A DNA stretch of 64,000 nt from Syncephalis fuscata S228 (taxonomy: Eukaryota; Fungi; Zoopagomycota), in NCBI GenBank assembly GCA_025786725.1, contig JAHLTZ010000040.1:1-64000 (forward strand), in the 5' to 3' direction. Numbering within the stretch: the stretch's first letter is position 1; each line of letters opens with the position of its first letter. Made by a program: the position numbers and the translations under genes. Below the pieces are notes generated by a model, which was not told the origin of the DNA, did not search any database, and saw only the letters and a list, made by a program, of their open reading frames with translations. Shown here piece by piece: positions 28,290 through 40,580 of this stretch.

Positions 28290-29253
28290 ATGAGCTCATC
28301 ACCGCCACCTCCATCTGCGCCGCAACGTCAATATTTACGCGATGAAAATCCGCCATCGAGTCGAATGCGGGCATCGATGCCGGCTGAGCGATTAAACGCT
28401 GGCCCGGAAACATGGCGATTTGCGCTCAATGATGATGAAATATCGCGCGAACATGGGCCGCCACAACAAGCACCGAATCTAGGTGTTACTAGAAGTCAAA
28501 GTGGTCGTAGTATTACTAATAATAATGCTACTAATAGCAGAAGCAGTATAAATGGTGATCGACAGATTGCCGCCGCAGCTGCATCATCTTCACGCACTAA
28601 TGGTTGGCATGGGTGGGGCGTCGACGATCGGGCGATTCTGATACTGATTCAAGCGATGATGAAGATGCAGCATCAATGCGTCGAGTACCCCGTGCATTGA
28701 CCGCCCATCGACTTGAAGATGCCACGGCACCACAAGGCCCACCCCCTTCTTATCACGATAGTAGAGCTGATCCACTATTTCTACGCGGATCGACGAGTCA
28801 TCAGCCGACTCGACCTGGATCAATGGTGGTGCCGCACGGAGCACAGGATGAGAAAGCAGCGCGATTATTGCAGCGACAAGAGGCGGAAGGACTCGTTCGT
28901 CGTGGTGATGGTGGCGCCGCACTCGGTGAAGGCTACGGCCAAGAGGAGCGTCAAATGATTAGCTCGCATTATAATCCCGATGCTTGTTGGTGTCCTCGGT
29001 GTGAGACGTCGGTTATACCGCGCGTTATACGCTTTCCTGGTAAGTTAGTAATAATAGTAGTAATATATATATTATTGACTAATTTGCACTATTTATAATA
29101 GGTGTTTATGCGGTAATTTTGGCCGTAATTATTCTAGTTATTTTCTGGCCACTCTTTTGGATTCCATTTCTATTTCCCGAGTGTATGGATAAACGATATC
29201 GTTGTCCTAATTGCGGTGCGACACTTACGCCGCCTCATGACAATATCTACTAG
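28290..29253 (+). CDS. LITAF-domain zinc-ribbon membrane protein
   Basis: PPSY motif, CWCPRC, hydrophobic AVILAVIILVIFWPLFWIPF, then CMDKRYRCPNCG. Intron ~29040-29101 and a frameshift near 28600. Confidence 0.85.
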
Positions 29254-29460
29254 CCAAGGTCGCTTTAGAATGGTTTGTTGTGTTCTTTGAGTTGGCATAG
29301 CGCCATGTAGCATTTATTAAAATAAATTGTTTAAAATTAAAAGCTAGAATCAAATGATATACTAGACACGTCATTAATGTAATATTACTAGTATATATAA
29401 ATAAGACATTTGCTTCAATGAGTACTATCACTATTGTTAAATTGCTATTTATTTTATAAA

Positions 29461-30751
29461 TTAAATCATTGCAGGTTCAATTGACGTATCTATCCAATCG
29501 TATTGATCAAGCTTTGCATTGGGCACTAGTGTTCGTCTCAATCTCATACCATCGTAGGTTGGTCGAATGTGAATATCGTTTTCTGATTCCAAATCTGTTA
29601 GCTCTTTTACCATTGCGTCGTGTTCTAGCATATGCGTAAAATCAATCAAAAAGGAACGCTTTGCTTTGATGCTGAAACATTCATCGATTGCTTGCTGGTA
29701 ACTAAAATGTGATATAAATGGTGTTACTATAAAGATAAAAGCTAGTCAGCTAATATATAAATTAAATGCCTGTTTGATACTTGCGTTGAAGTGCATCAAG
29801 TACAATTACTTCGAGATTAGAAAGGTGTGAACGAGTAGTAGCAGGGATGTAATTAACATCGGCGATATAGGCAAACTGATCCATAAGCACACCGACATTA
29901 TAAAATATTTCTCCATCAGCATCGTATCCGTGGTGAACTGTTTTATTATATTATTAATTAATGTTATAGCATTTATATATTAACTGTACCTGGAAGAGGT
30001 GTAATTTCAATATTTCTCTCTAAAACAAGCGGTTTATTCTCATTAAATGTGCGAAACTCGAGCGCAGCAACATTGCCACCACCTTAATTAATTGTAAGTA
30101 ATCCGCTGATTGCTTTAAGCCTGTCTTACCTGTTGCTTTTCTACGATCTACAAGATAAGGAAAGGCAGCGTGTACAACTTCGAGTGTTTTAGCAGTAGCA
30201 TAAATAGGAATATTGGTGCCTTGAACTGCTGAAAACGAGCGCAGGTCATCGAGACCGAATATAGCATCAGCATGACCATGCGTTAGAAGGACTGCATCAA
30301 TCTTATTGATTCTGTAGCGAGGAAAGCAATCGAGTGCAGAAGCTATTATTTACCATATAAATAAATAAATAAAATTAATACACCGAGAATACACGCTGTT
30401 ATACCTACTGTAGAAGGTTTTACCACAATCGACTAGCAAATTACTATAAGGTTATAAGGTTATGGCTGAATGTTAGCTATGGCCGGCAATTCCATGAATT
30501 GTATTGGTTGTTTTAACTTACAATAAAGAGCCATCTGGACGTTGCCAGCGTGCCACAATACTAGTGTTTCGTCGACGATTCTTACGACCAGCATGTGTCA
30601 TTGCCACTTTACACGCACGGCAGCCAGGTCTTTCTTCAATCGACAAACATGTAACGTTAGGCAGACAGCCTGACGTGCCAGTGCCTAGAAATATTACTTC
30701 TACCAGGCAAGGCTTGTCGGCAGCAGAGAGCATTTGCGATTCAAGTAACAT
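29461..30751 (-). CDS. Metallo-beta-lactamase fold hydrolase (PhnP-like), multi-exon
   Basis: VIFLGTGTSG, KNRRRNTS, LLVDCGKTFY, LLTHGHADAIFGLDDLR, FPYLVD, YIADV, SHF, DFTH, YDGM. Confidence 0.9.
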
Positions 30752-31344
30752 TATATATTGGTGAAAGAGTACAGGAAAAAATAAAGGACGTATTGGTGCA
30801 GGATAATAATATAAATCTGGGATTACCTTTACTGATTTCAACTAAAGCCAAATTGCCATTTCAACAATAACATTATTGAATTACTTGATACTAAAGTTGT
30901 TGCTGCAAATTATTGTGTTGCAAATACTAATTGACTTCATTCTGTTAAAGCTGCACTTTTATCATTACACTATTCTACGTATATTTTATCATATGGTATC
31001 TCAATGAATCAATCAGTAAGATATCGGTAATGTAATACCGATATTTTATATAGTAGATTAACTGAGTTCTAATTTCATGGTAATATACATATTGTGCATA
31101 TTTTACTAATTAATATACATTATCCATTCGCCATACTAAATATCGTTTTATTATGTTAGTCGTATCTATAAACTACTCAAATAGCTATATAAACAATGTT
31201 ATTATCCAATAAAAAAAACTTACTGATTGTTACTTAGAATATTAATACAATTTATTTATAATTAGTGTTTTAATGTTATTAAATAAATAGGAAAAGTGCA
31301 TGTTTTACTAATGAATGTTTATTTGATAGCACACGCAATAGACA

Positions 31345-31375
<31 letters not shown>

Positions 31376-32138
31376 GAGGGGAAAGAGTGTATAAATATTG
31401 AAGCATGCTATTGTGCGTGCAATCTTAGCAGATTAAACGGGCATTGTAATCTGCGGACTGCATGACGCATGATATAATAATGGCCTGGGTCCCAATGGGT
31501 CGAAGAATACGCATTGATGTAGCGTACTAATAATGGCAAATCAAACTGGTTCTGCGTTCTGTGAGCACAATCATTAAAATAGTGTTTACTTGCTGATCGT
31601 TTAAAATTGTCCTATCAAATCAAAGCGGAGTTTAAATAAAATAGTATGCAGAGTATGGATGCAGAACTAGCATATGGTCGCCTTGACAATATGAGGCGTT
31701 GGATTTATTCGCAGTTTACTAGGAAATGTGCTCAACGGGTCATTAATATACATATAGTATTAGTTGTAATTTATAGCAATGTAATAAACTAACATTAATA
31801 ATAAACTAAATGTTTAGTTTTATTTAATCATGGCTATAAGGGCCAAAAATGAATAAGAAAACAAAAAAGTACTAAAGTAAAATATTAGAACATGCCACCA
31901 GTACGATGGCCGAATCTTTGCTATAACTTTTATAACAATGATCAGTGCATAAAGAGTAGACCAAAGATTCTTAAATTATTATTGTTTGTGTAGCATTTGG
32001 CGGTGACAATGTGATTGTTGGTCAACAACACAAAGAGAATTTAGAGGAATTTAACTTCTAGTCTTATATCCAGTTTTAAGTAGCACACTAGGTCTTAAAA
32101 ACTTATTGTACGGTTTAAGTTATTGCTATACACTGACT

Positions 32139-33168
32139 CTATAATAGTGTCATATGCGAGACTGAGTGGGCTTGCGATGATTTTACGCCAAAAACTTTTG
32201 GCATAGGCATATTACGAGCACAATTATTACTAACTGGAGCACTGAGTGACACGACTCGTTTACGCGAAGTGTCGCAATGATAAACTAAAATGGTTGAAGT
32301 TATTACCCTGAATCTTTGGTTAGTAAAATACATAGATAGTTGTTTAGTGGCTGCAAACTTACCAATCTGCGACAAAGAACATATCCGAATAGTTGCTGAA
32401 TACTTTGGATAAAATACCGACTGCACAAATAACATTAAAACACACCACTAAACACATTGTTTGAATGCCATCGCGTGTTAACCGTTTCCACGCTTCAGAG
32501 CCGAACGCCTTGTATTGTTTGTAGGCAATATAACAGACAATTCCCGAAAAAAGAATATTAATAGGAATAGTGACGCTAAACCAGTATAGAGGAACAATAT
32601 CCGAATAGTGGACGACACAGCCTCCATCGAGCTCTGTAGTGGCCCATGAGAACGCAAGGAAAAAAGGTATGAATATCAGTAATGGTACCATAAGTATAAT
32701 ACCAACAATTAGAATCCATTGCTTTTTTAAAAGGATAAGATATGCTTTTTGTAACATAATGGCAGTGGTGCTTACGCTTGAGAGAGCGCAAGCAATGCTA
32801 AAATACCAAATTGATACTCGACAGTTTAATACGTCGAAAAGATAGAGAACTACAACGGTTGTCCAGCCAATGCCAAGCAGCGATGATATTAAGCAGCACC
32901 ATCCCGATAGAATCTGTGGCCGACTTATCGTCATACGCAATGAAATCAGAAGATTTTGTGCAAATATAAAAGTAATAAATATGTTTGCAACAGTTTGAAC
33001 ATAAAGGCTTGCTAGTCGGGTATGAGCAGCACGTAGATCGCCTGATGTTTCTGCTATGTACTCGTACATATATTTTTCACCAGTTGGATGGAGAGGAACA
33101 CCCAGCAAATGAGTGGCATTGTGCATCCATTCTGTATCCTTGCCGTCAAATACAAAGTTGGTATTCAT
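32139..33168 (-). CDS. Orphan multi-pass (~7TM) GPCR-like membrane protein, paralogue A, 2 exons
   Basis: 269-aa exon with six to seven hydrophobic segments and motifs LHPTGE, LNCR, LQKAYL, GGCVVHY, FGSEAWKRLTRDGIQTM. Intron after the DW codons; exon 2 begins VITSTILVYHC. Confidence 0.85.
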
Positions 33169-34599
33169 ATTTTTATATAAAAAATGTATACAAGCAGGAT
33201 ATGAAATGTAGAAACAAGTAACAGGAAATAAAAACGGCTTATTAAAAAAATTTATAATGTGCCCAGAGTCAGAGTTTATGGGCGATGAGGGGCACGAGTT
33301 TTTTTGTTAACCAATGGAAGAACAATGAAAGCTGGTTTATAGCCATGCAAAAAACAACGCACGTTACAGCAGAAATTTGACAACACGCCTATGGCATGCA
33401 TTAGTTTGTGTCCATGCGCTCCATGCAAAGTTACTGAATTGTTTTACCATAGAACTTGAATATTATTACTATAGTGGGCTGTGGCGTCTCTTCTTGAATG
33501 TCGCAGCTATGGCATCATATGGTATAGCGGGACAAGCGCAGGTAAATAAAAGAATAGGTTTATTTGAATTCTACAGTAGGGGCCTACATAGTACCAAAAA
33601 ATATGACTAAAATAGAAGTTATTACAAAGGAATACAAAGGCATATGAAGGAGCTATCAATTTCCAAAAATGCTAATTACGTATAGACAATGAGTCATTTG
33701 TGATTGTTTTAATTATGCATACACTTTGCAATCTGATTCGGTGATTGTTCATTGTTCCAAATTTATGCCTTTACAAATCTAGCCTATTGAACATTAACCA
33801 ATATAAATAAATTTGGTAAACCATTAAAATGTTTCTCTATTTATATCTATGCTGAAATAATTGTAATATTGTTTATATTTTACTAAAGGTTATTTATCAT
33901 ATGCACTCATTATGTTCACTCAATAGTATGCACTTGGCTTTACTATTATTATTTGTGTGTGTTTTTTATTCATTTGGGACTGATATCGTTTTATTATAAG
34001 TAAAAGGATTTACTAGGAATTTGCATACGCAGTATACATTAGTCAATTTTCTACCAATGATTATGTCGCAACTTAACATCCTGCATTTGTATATTGTTTT
34101 GTATGCCATAAGCACGATATCTATTATGATAGTTATTTTATTGAATTAAAACTAATTAATAAAATAGCTAATCAAAATCATTCATATAAATAGTTTAGCA
34201 AAATCAGTAGTTTTACAACATTTGCCTGATGAAAGCTGGTCTTATTAATTTTTAAACTCCGTTACGACTTGCATAAATCCGGTCGGAGTTTAAGTTTATT
34301 TTTTTATTTCCAAAAAAGTATGGAGTTAAAGTAAAATAGTTCCCCTTCCTAAATGATATAAGTGTTATCAAATACTAACCAACTATATTATAAGCCATTC
34401 AATACCGTCGTAATATTAGCAATGTGTTTATTGTTTTAATCCAAATATAATAGCAGTAATATGTTATAGTTTATTAAGTAAATATAATTATTTTTTTTAC
34501 AGATATTAACATATTGCAGTTAGTTACACTTAATGCAGATACATTGACATTGCTCATTTTAACAATAATATCAGCGGTCTATTTATATTATTTTCAGTA

Positions 34600-34760
34600 T
34601 ACTAATATTAAATAATTTATTAGTCATTATTGTTTTGTTTGGTGGTCAAATAACTATTTTAATAACATCCAATCTATTGAACATGATGATGAGTGGTGAG
34701 TGACATTAGTAATCAGATACTCGTCATCATAGATTCGTTATCCAGTATGCATATATCATC
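34600..34760 (+). repeat. Partial copy of the interspersed repeat family
   Basis: 34661-34757 is nearly identical to 335-431. Confidence 0.85.
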
Positions 34761-34999
34761 ACAGTATGTGTTATTACTATATATACCCGTCACTTTGCTT
34801 GATCAACATTAAAATCATAACTAGTTAGCATGATCTAGTTTATTTATAAATAATCTTAATAAAACATACCTCTGTTCATATTCATATTATTTGTTTTACC
34901 AATATAACTCAATAACAAACTAAGTGCGATATGTCAATTTATTAATAAAAGAGTTGGAATCATATTGACAACGGTTATAGACAGCGTATAGCCAATATA

Positions 35000-35660
35000 T
35001 AATAAAATGATAAACATTATAATGAATATGCAATATTGAACGATATTAGCAATGTTCAAGTTGTTGAGTATATATGCATGAGCAGATGACCAACATTAGT
35101 CAAACTTTATTAATAATAGAGCTAGAGCAAAAATAAAAAGCAGTTTGGATAAAGGAAAATTGGGCGAGTATATAATGATATATAAAATGATAAATGTACG
35201 GTAAGTATAAAATGATGTTAAAGTTACAGCGTATATAATGCAATAAGTGGAATGAGTAAAGTATATAGAAGCATATAAACAATAGAATGTGTCTAATATA
35301 TTGTAGAATGCTATATAATAGTATATAGTGTAATGGGAACGATATAAATAAATAAACTATATATGTGTACTGGATATATGAATACTGAATAATAAATCTA
35401 TGATGACGAGTATTTTGGACCCTGATGTAAATTACTCTTAGTTTCATGTTCAATAAAAAGAAAGTTTAATTTAAATGTGTGAATATTATTCAATGTAGTC
35501 ACTTGACCACCAAACAAACGACAAATGTGATGATTTAATTATTACTATTTTTACCATTCGTTTCCATGTTTATTAAAACGAAAATGTTTAATTTAAATGT
35601 GTGAATATTATCAAGTTTAATCATTTGACATTTAAACAAACAATAAATGACTAGTAAATT
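35000..35660 (-). repeat. Inverted copy of the interspersed repeat family (body plus two ~120 bp tandem subunits)
   Basis: The reverse complement aligns to ~350-760. Tandem subunits begin GTTTCATGTTCAATAAAA (~35441) and GTTTCCATGTTTATTAAAA (~35560). Confidence 0.8.
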
Positions 35661-36140
35661 GTTTAATGTACAAAAAGAAGGTTATTTTTACTTAATTAAT
35701 AAATGAGATGATATATACAATATTCTAATATAAACCATAAATCAAATGACATTGTACATAAAAAGACTACGAACAAATTGAAATATAGAGGTGGGAATTG
35801 TTCGGGTGATGGAATAAATGAAAGAATAAAAATCAGTTGCATAAAATCAAGTATATTCATAAAACAATGTCATCAGCAAAACAATGTCAACATTGCCAAA
35901 AAAGTATTTTGATGAATTACTATCTGAAAATTGCCGCCACGTAACATTTTTAGAAAGGCACAGTGATGAGTTACTAGCTATATAAATAAATAAAATGTAT
36001 CCGTTTTAACAAGTCTGAATCTATCACAATTGTGCGCACACATTATTTGGCCTTTAAAAACAATCTACAATTTACAACTCCCCTTATCTCCGGCTTTTCT
36101 CCTTCTTTTGCTTTTAGTTTGGACTAGTAAACTTACGAAT

Positions 36141-37103
36141 ATGTCGCAATACAAGTTGGCAGCCTTGCCCGCTACAGGACCAGTGCAAATTGCGATTATT
36201 GGTGGCTCTGGTCTGTATAAACTTGAAGGACTAGAGGTTGTTGAGGAAATTAATCCCACAACACCATGGGGACAGCCTTCAGATCCCATTGCCATTGCTC
36301 AAACGCAAGACGGCCACCGCGTGGCGTTTCTTGCGCGACATGGCAAGGGTCATGCCTTCAACCCGTCGGAAGTACCTTTTCGCGCAAATATTGCTGCGTT
36401 GAAAGCTATCGGCGTCCGTGCAATTCTTGCATTTTCCGCTGTTGGCTCTCTTCGGGAAGAAATCCGTCCTGGCGATTTTGTCCTGCCTGATCAGCTTATC
36501 GATCGTACTAAAGGCATCCGTGCATCAACTTTTTTCGAGAAAGGAGCTCCGGGCCATGCTCCATTTGCTGATCCATTCCACGCAAATTTAGCAGGTCTAG
36601 TTGAGCGGGAAGCGGCCAATGCGCTACCCAACTTAAAAATACATCGTGAAAAGACGCTAATTTGCATGGAGGGTCCGGCTTTCTCAACTCGTGCTGAATC
36701 ACGTCTATACCGCAACTGGGGTGGCGATGTTATTAACATGTCGGCCGTTCCAGAAGCAAAACTAGCGCGTGAGGCGGAAATTGCCTACCAAATGGTTTGC
36801 ATGTCGACTGACTATGATTGTTGGCGCGTTGGCGAGGAGGACGTCACAGTGCAAGGTGTGATGCAGACCATGGCCGGCAATTCTCAAAACGCACGACTAT
36901 TACTTCACGCGTTATTGCCAGCATTGAATGCGGCGATGGATGCCGATACAACTGTAATGTCCGATGCAAGTGCCACGTTGCCCAATAGTCATTTCATGGG
37001 TGATATTTCTGGTTGCATGAAGTTTGCATGTATGGCTCAGCCAGATGCGATGCCGGCAGAAACCCGTGCCGCGTTGCACTACATCTTGCCAAATTATTTT
37101 TAA
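36141..37103 (+). CDS. MEU1: S-methyl-5'-thioadenosine phosphorylase (intronless)
   Basis: IAIIGGSG, TPWGQPS, FLARHG, PFRANIAAL, SAVGSL, CMEGPAFSTRAES, INMSAVPEAKLAREAEI, STDYDCW. Confidence 0.96.
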   Translation: MSQYKLAALPATGPVQIAIIGGSGLYKLEGLEVVEEINPTTPWGQPSDPIAIAQTQDGHRVAFLARHGKGHAFNPSEVPFRANIAALKAIGVRAILAFSAVGSLREEIRPGDFVLPDQLIDRTKGIRASTFFEKGAPGHAPFADPFHANLAGLVEREAANALPNLKIHREKTLICMEGPAFSTRAESRLYRNWGGDVINMSAVPEAKLAREAEIAYQMVCMSTDYDCWRVGEEDVTVQGVMQTMAGNSQNARLLLHALLPALNAAMDADTTVMSDASATLPNSHFMGDISGCMKFACMAQPDAMPAETRAALHYILPNYF

Positions 37104-37828
37104 CGCATAGCTAAAAATGACTATTCCATTGTAGTGTTGTGTCGTATTGATAAATACTGACAAGTCATTAATCTAAATAAAAATTATTCTTATAATAAGA
37201 ATGCTGGACAAAGTGTATTAATATGAATTTAAAAGTATGGTGTACTGTTTATTGTTAAAGAAATATAGAGTACTTTATAGCTGCTTGAACATAAGGAGCA
37301 AGTATAAATATGTTATCATTAGAATTATTGATATTTGTAACACATCTTTTATTCACAATTTTTAAGTGCTATTTCTTTTATTATTATTTAAAATAGCTTT
37401 TTGAAGATATTAGCGCATTGTAATGTCATTATTAAAATGGCTAATTTCAATATTGCGTACACAAACTACAGATAAACATTAGTTATACATATATACTATT
37501 GCAGTAGTATCTATGGTGTCTAATAATTTAATATTGTATTTGGTAAATTGAACAATTGGATAGTCGTGACTGTGTTATTCTGGTACATACAACAACAAAT
37601 TTAAAAGTAGCTTAAATCGACATTAACATGCTACTGATACAAAAATAATCGTTAAACTAATACTTGTATTATGCTATTTTATTGTGATTCATATGACATG
37701 CTATTAAAACTAGCCAACACAGCCGAATAATGGCTTAAACGGCTGCTATCTAGTTATAGTATGATATACAGCATTAATTGAAGCAATAAATAGTTTAATG
37801 CATCAATTCGTCGATTTGCAGTGGTAAT

Positions 37829-38786
37829 CTAATTTAAATGAAGTATATGTTCGGTTTTTGGACGATGAGTATACTTTGTGCTTTTGCCAAAATATCGGCA
37901 ATGGTTGATCAATATTGTTGTAACGACCACACTAGTTATTTATAAGCTACATTTATATACATACTGCTACCACTTACCTATCTACAACAAAAAGCGTATC
38001 AGCATTGATTTTGTTTTTAGACGAAATAATGACAACAGAACAAATGATGCTGCATAACGTGGCCAAAAGCATTGTCTGTATTCCATCGCGTGCCAGTTTC
38101 TTCCATGCCTCTGATCCAAATGAACGATATTGTTTTAGAGCGATATGGCAAAAGATAGCTGAGAATAGCAGGTTAATTGGTACATTGACTGCGAACCAGT
38201 ACCAAAGTATGACCTCAAGGTAATAGATAGTGCAGCCAGTCGTTTCTTTAAAACTAATAAAACTAAAATAGATAACAATGAGTGGATATGCAAGTTGCGC
38301 TGCTATAGCGGGAGCGCTAACATACAATATCCATTTTTGTCGACAAAGCACTAAATATGCCTTCTGAAGCAGTATTAGACTATTGCCGACCATCATGAAT
38401 GCTATATTAAATGAACTAATCCATATTATAGTTCGGCAGTTGATTTGGAAAAACGTGTACATTAACACCATTACCAAAGCAATTATGCTATTTAAAGCGG
38501 AAGGAATTAGACAGAGCCACGACACCATGTTGCGAGGTCGCATTATGACCATCCTACTAGCAATAACAAGGTTGCGTACAAATGTCCAAAACAGTACAAC
38601 CTCTAATGCCATCAGGAATTGCATACCAAACAGTCGAAGACGTTGTTTAGAAATGCCATCACTGCTTTCCATAAAGAAGTCAAATATGTTTTTTTCGCCA
38701 AGTGGATGAAGACGAGCACCTAGCTGTTTTATGTCGCTGTTCATCCATTCATTGTAGTCTGGACTAGTATAATTGATGAATGGCAT
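37829..38786 (-). CDS. Orphan ~7TM GPCR-like membrane protein, divergent paralogue C, 2 exons
   Basis: LHPLGE, INCR, LLQKAYL, TGCTIYY, FGSEAWKKLARDGIQTM. Same intron position as paralogues A and B; exon 2 reads SVVVTTILINHC...RPKTEHILHLN*. Confidence 0.85.
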
Positions 38787-39419
38787 TATTTACAGATAAT
38801 ATGTATGTATGGCAATGATACGATATACAATGATAGATATGTTAGTGTAAAATAGAAAGAGTTGGCTGAACAATTAAAAAAAGCAAGTGGGGCTTAAGAG
38901 TTTACCTCGTAGTTATCAAGTTCTAAGCATAGTATTAATGAACCAACACTTGTAATAAACCTGTTATGCATATCGAAAACTATCACATGGTTATATTGAT
39001 ACCAAATTGGGTAGCAGCATGTGTAGTGCATTATTCAGGATCATATAGCATTAGTATTACCGGCTGTGCATCAGTAGAAGCACAGGCCTTGTCGAGAATA
39101 TATAGTAATGATATTGCAAAATAATCGAAATAATTTAGTATTATAGAATTATTAAAATTAGTTAAGATAAAAGTAAGTGTATTGACTAATCTTGCATACT
39201 ATATGAACATATATTTTTTTCTAGACATTATAGTAGCCGCATCATATAATATTTTATAGTAAAAACACTACAATACGCCGATACAAAATAAAAAAAATCG
39301 ATTTTTTAATTATTCATCATGATCGATTTTGTAAAAAAGTTATTTACTGTACTGTCCGCTTTTAATAAAAATAGGTGGATTTCTTTGCTGCCCAAAGATA
39401 TTTTAAATTTTATAAAAAA

Positions 39420-39754
39420 ACAATTATTGTTTTTGATGATGGTAACTTTGACGCGTTTATAAAAAAAGACTATCTGCCCTTACACGAAGAACCACTAAAG
39501 CTATCAAGCAAATAGCCAATAAGTCTAATGGCTCTATTGAGTTTATTTACGTTGATGAGTATAGGGCAAGTCAAGTTTGTAACAAGTGTAAAGGAGAGCT
39601 GGAAAAGATGGCGACTATTGGGCCAAAGCGTAAAATAAATCCTGTACTCAAGTGCCAATCTTGTGGTATGCTATGAAGTCGTGATGTACTGGCTGTTAAA
39701 AACATACACGATATTTTTACATACAAAGCAAGAAATAACGATGAAAGCGATTGA
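39420..39754 (+). pseudogene. Decayed Fanzor/TnpB-family RNA-guided nuclease, C-terminal RuvC-II/zinc-finger/RuvC-III fragment
   Basis: Manual translation: TIIVFDDGNF...(frameshift)...EFIYVDEYRASQVCNKC...KRKINPVLKCQSCGML*SRDVLAVKNIHDIF. This matches the DEYxTSxxCxxC...CxxC...WxRDxxAxxN signature, with TGA at the Trp position (39674-39676). Confidence 0.85.
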
Positions 39755-40580
39755 ATTTTGACATGAAAACAACAATCATTAATTTTTCTCAATAATGCGA
39801 CCGACAACTTTTTTGCATCCCCTCTGATTAACTATAGTAAGTATAATCGAATTGTTTATTTAGCTAACGTCCTTTATAGCTAGTTACAAGTAAAGATTTT
39901 ATTAATATATTTTTTTGATATAACATAAAATACCATAGAAATGTTTGAATGAGTGAAAGAATGTATGTGAATAATGATATTGAAGTCAAATGGATATGAC
40001 CAAATGAAACAAATACAGTTAACAATAAATATTTTTTATAAATTTTGATTCAATTTATTTAGCCATATACATATTTAAATTCTATATTATTACCAACAAT
40101 ACTCATGCTCTTCCAGCTATTTAGTTTTATTTATAGATTTTATATTTTAAAAATAAGAAGAAAGTGACTTGGAAAACAAAAGTATCGACAATAAAGTAAT
40201 GATTGTAGCAATAAAATAATAATAATAAAAGTTGATCGATCAAATGATTGCATAACATACAACAACTAGATAAATAACAAAGTAGTAAAAATAGTAAACA
40301 AAAATGAATAAAAGACATTTAATTCTAAAGTTCAGTATATATATATATAACATATCATTAGTAAACTGACAAACCAATGATAGTCTACTTTATAAGACAA
40401 AGTCATAACAATATCTAATAAGTAAATATCTTTACTTTAATTGCTTAATAGCATCAGTATCGAATTATATCATGTATCCACAATAGTTCATGTTATTCAT
40501 AGTGACACAACTAATCTTGCTTCCCTTCACTTTCCACAGACCATGTACACTTCTTTGGAACAGTAATTCCTTGTAGCATC

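Noticed and set aside
35100-35453. 117-aa hydrophobic ORF
   Set aside because: A chance ORF in the body of the interspersed repeat. The homologous copy at ~370-690 does not conserve the peptide.
39674-39676. TGA read as Trp (alternative genetic code) in the Fanzor fragment
   Set aside because: Other genes here end in TGA (e.g. PEX12) and use TGG for Trp, so a G-to-A mutation is simpler.
39470-39807. Minus-strand ORFs of 62 and 78 aa
   Set aside because: Antisense shadows of the + strand Fanzor remnant.
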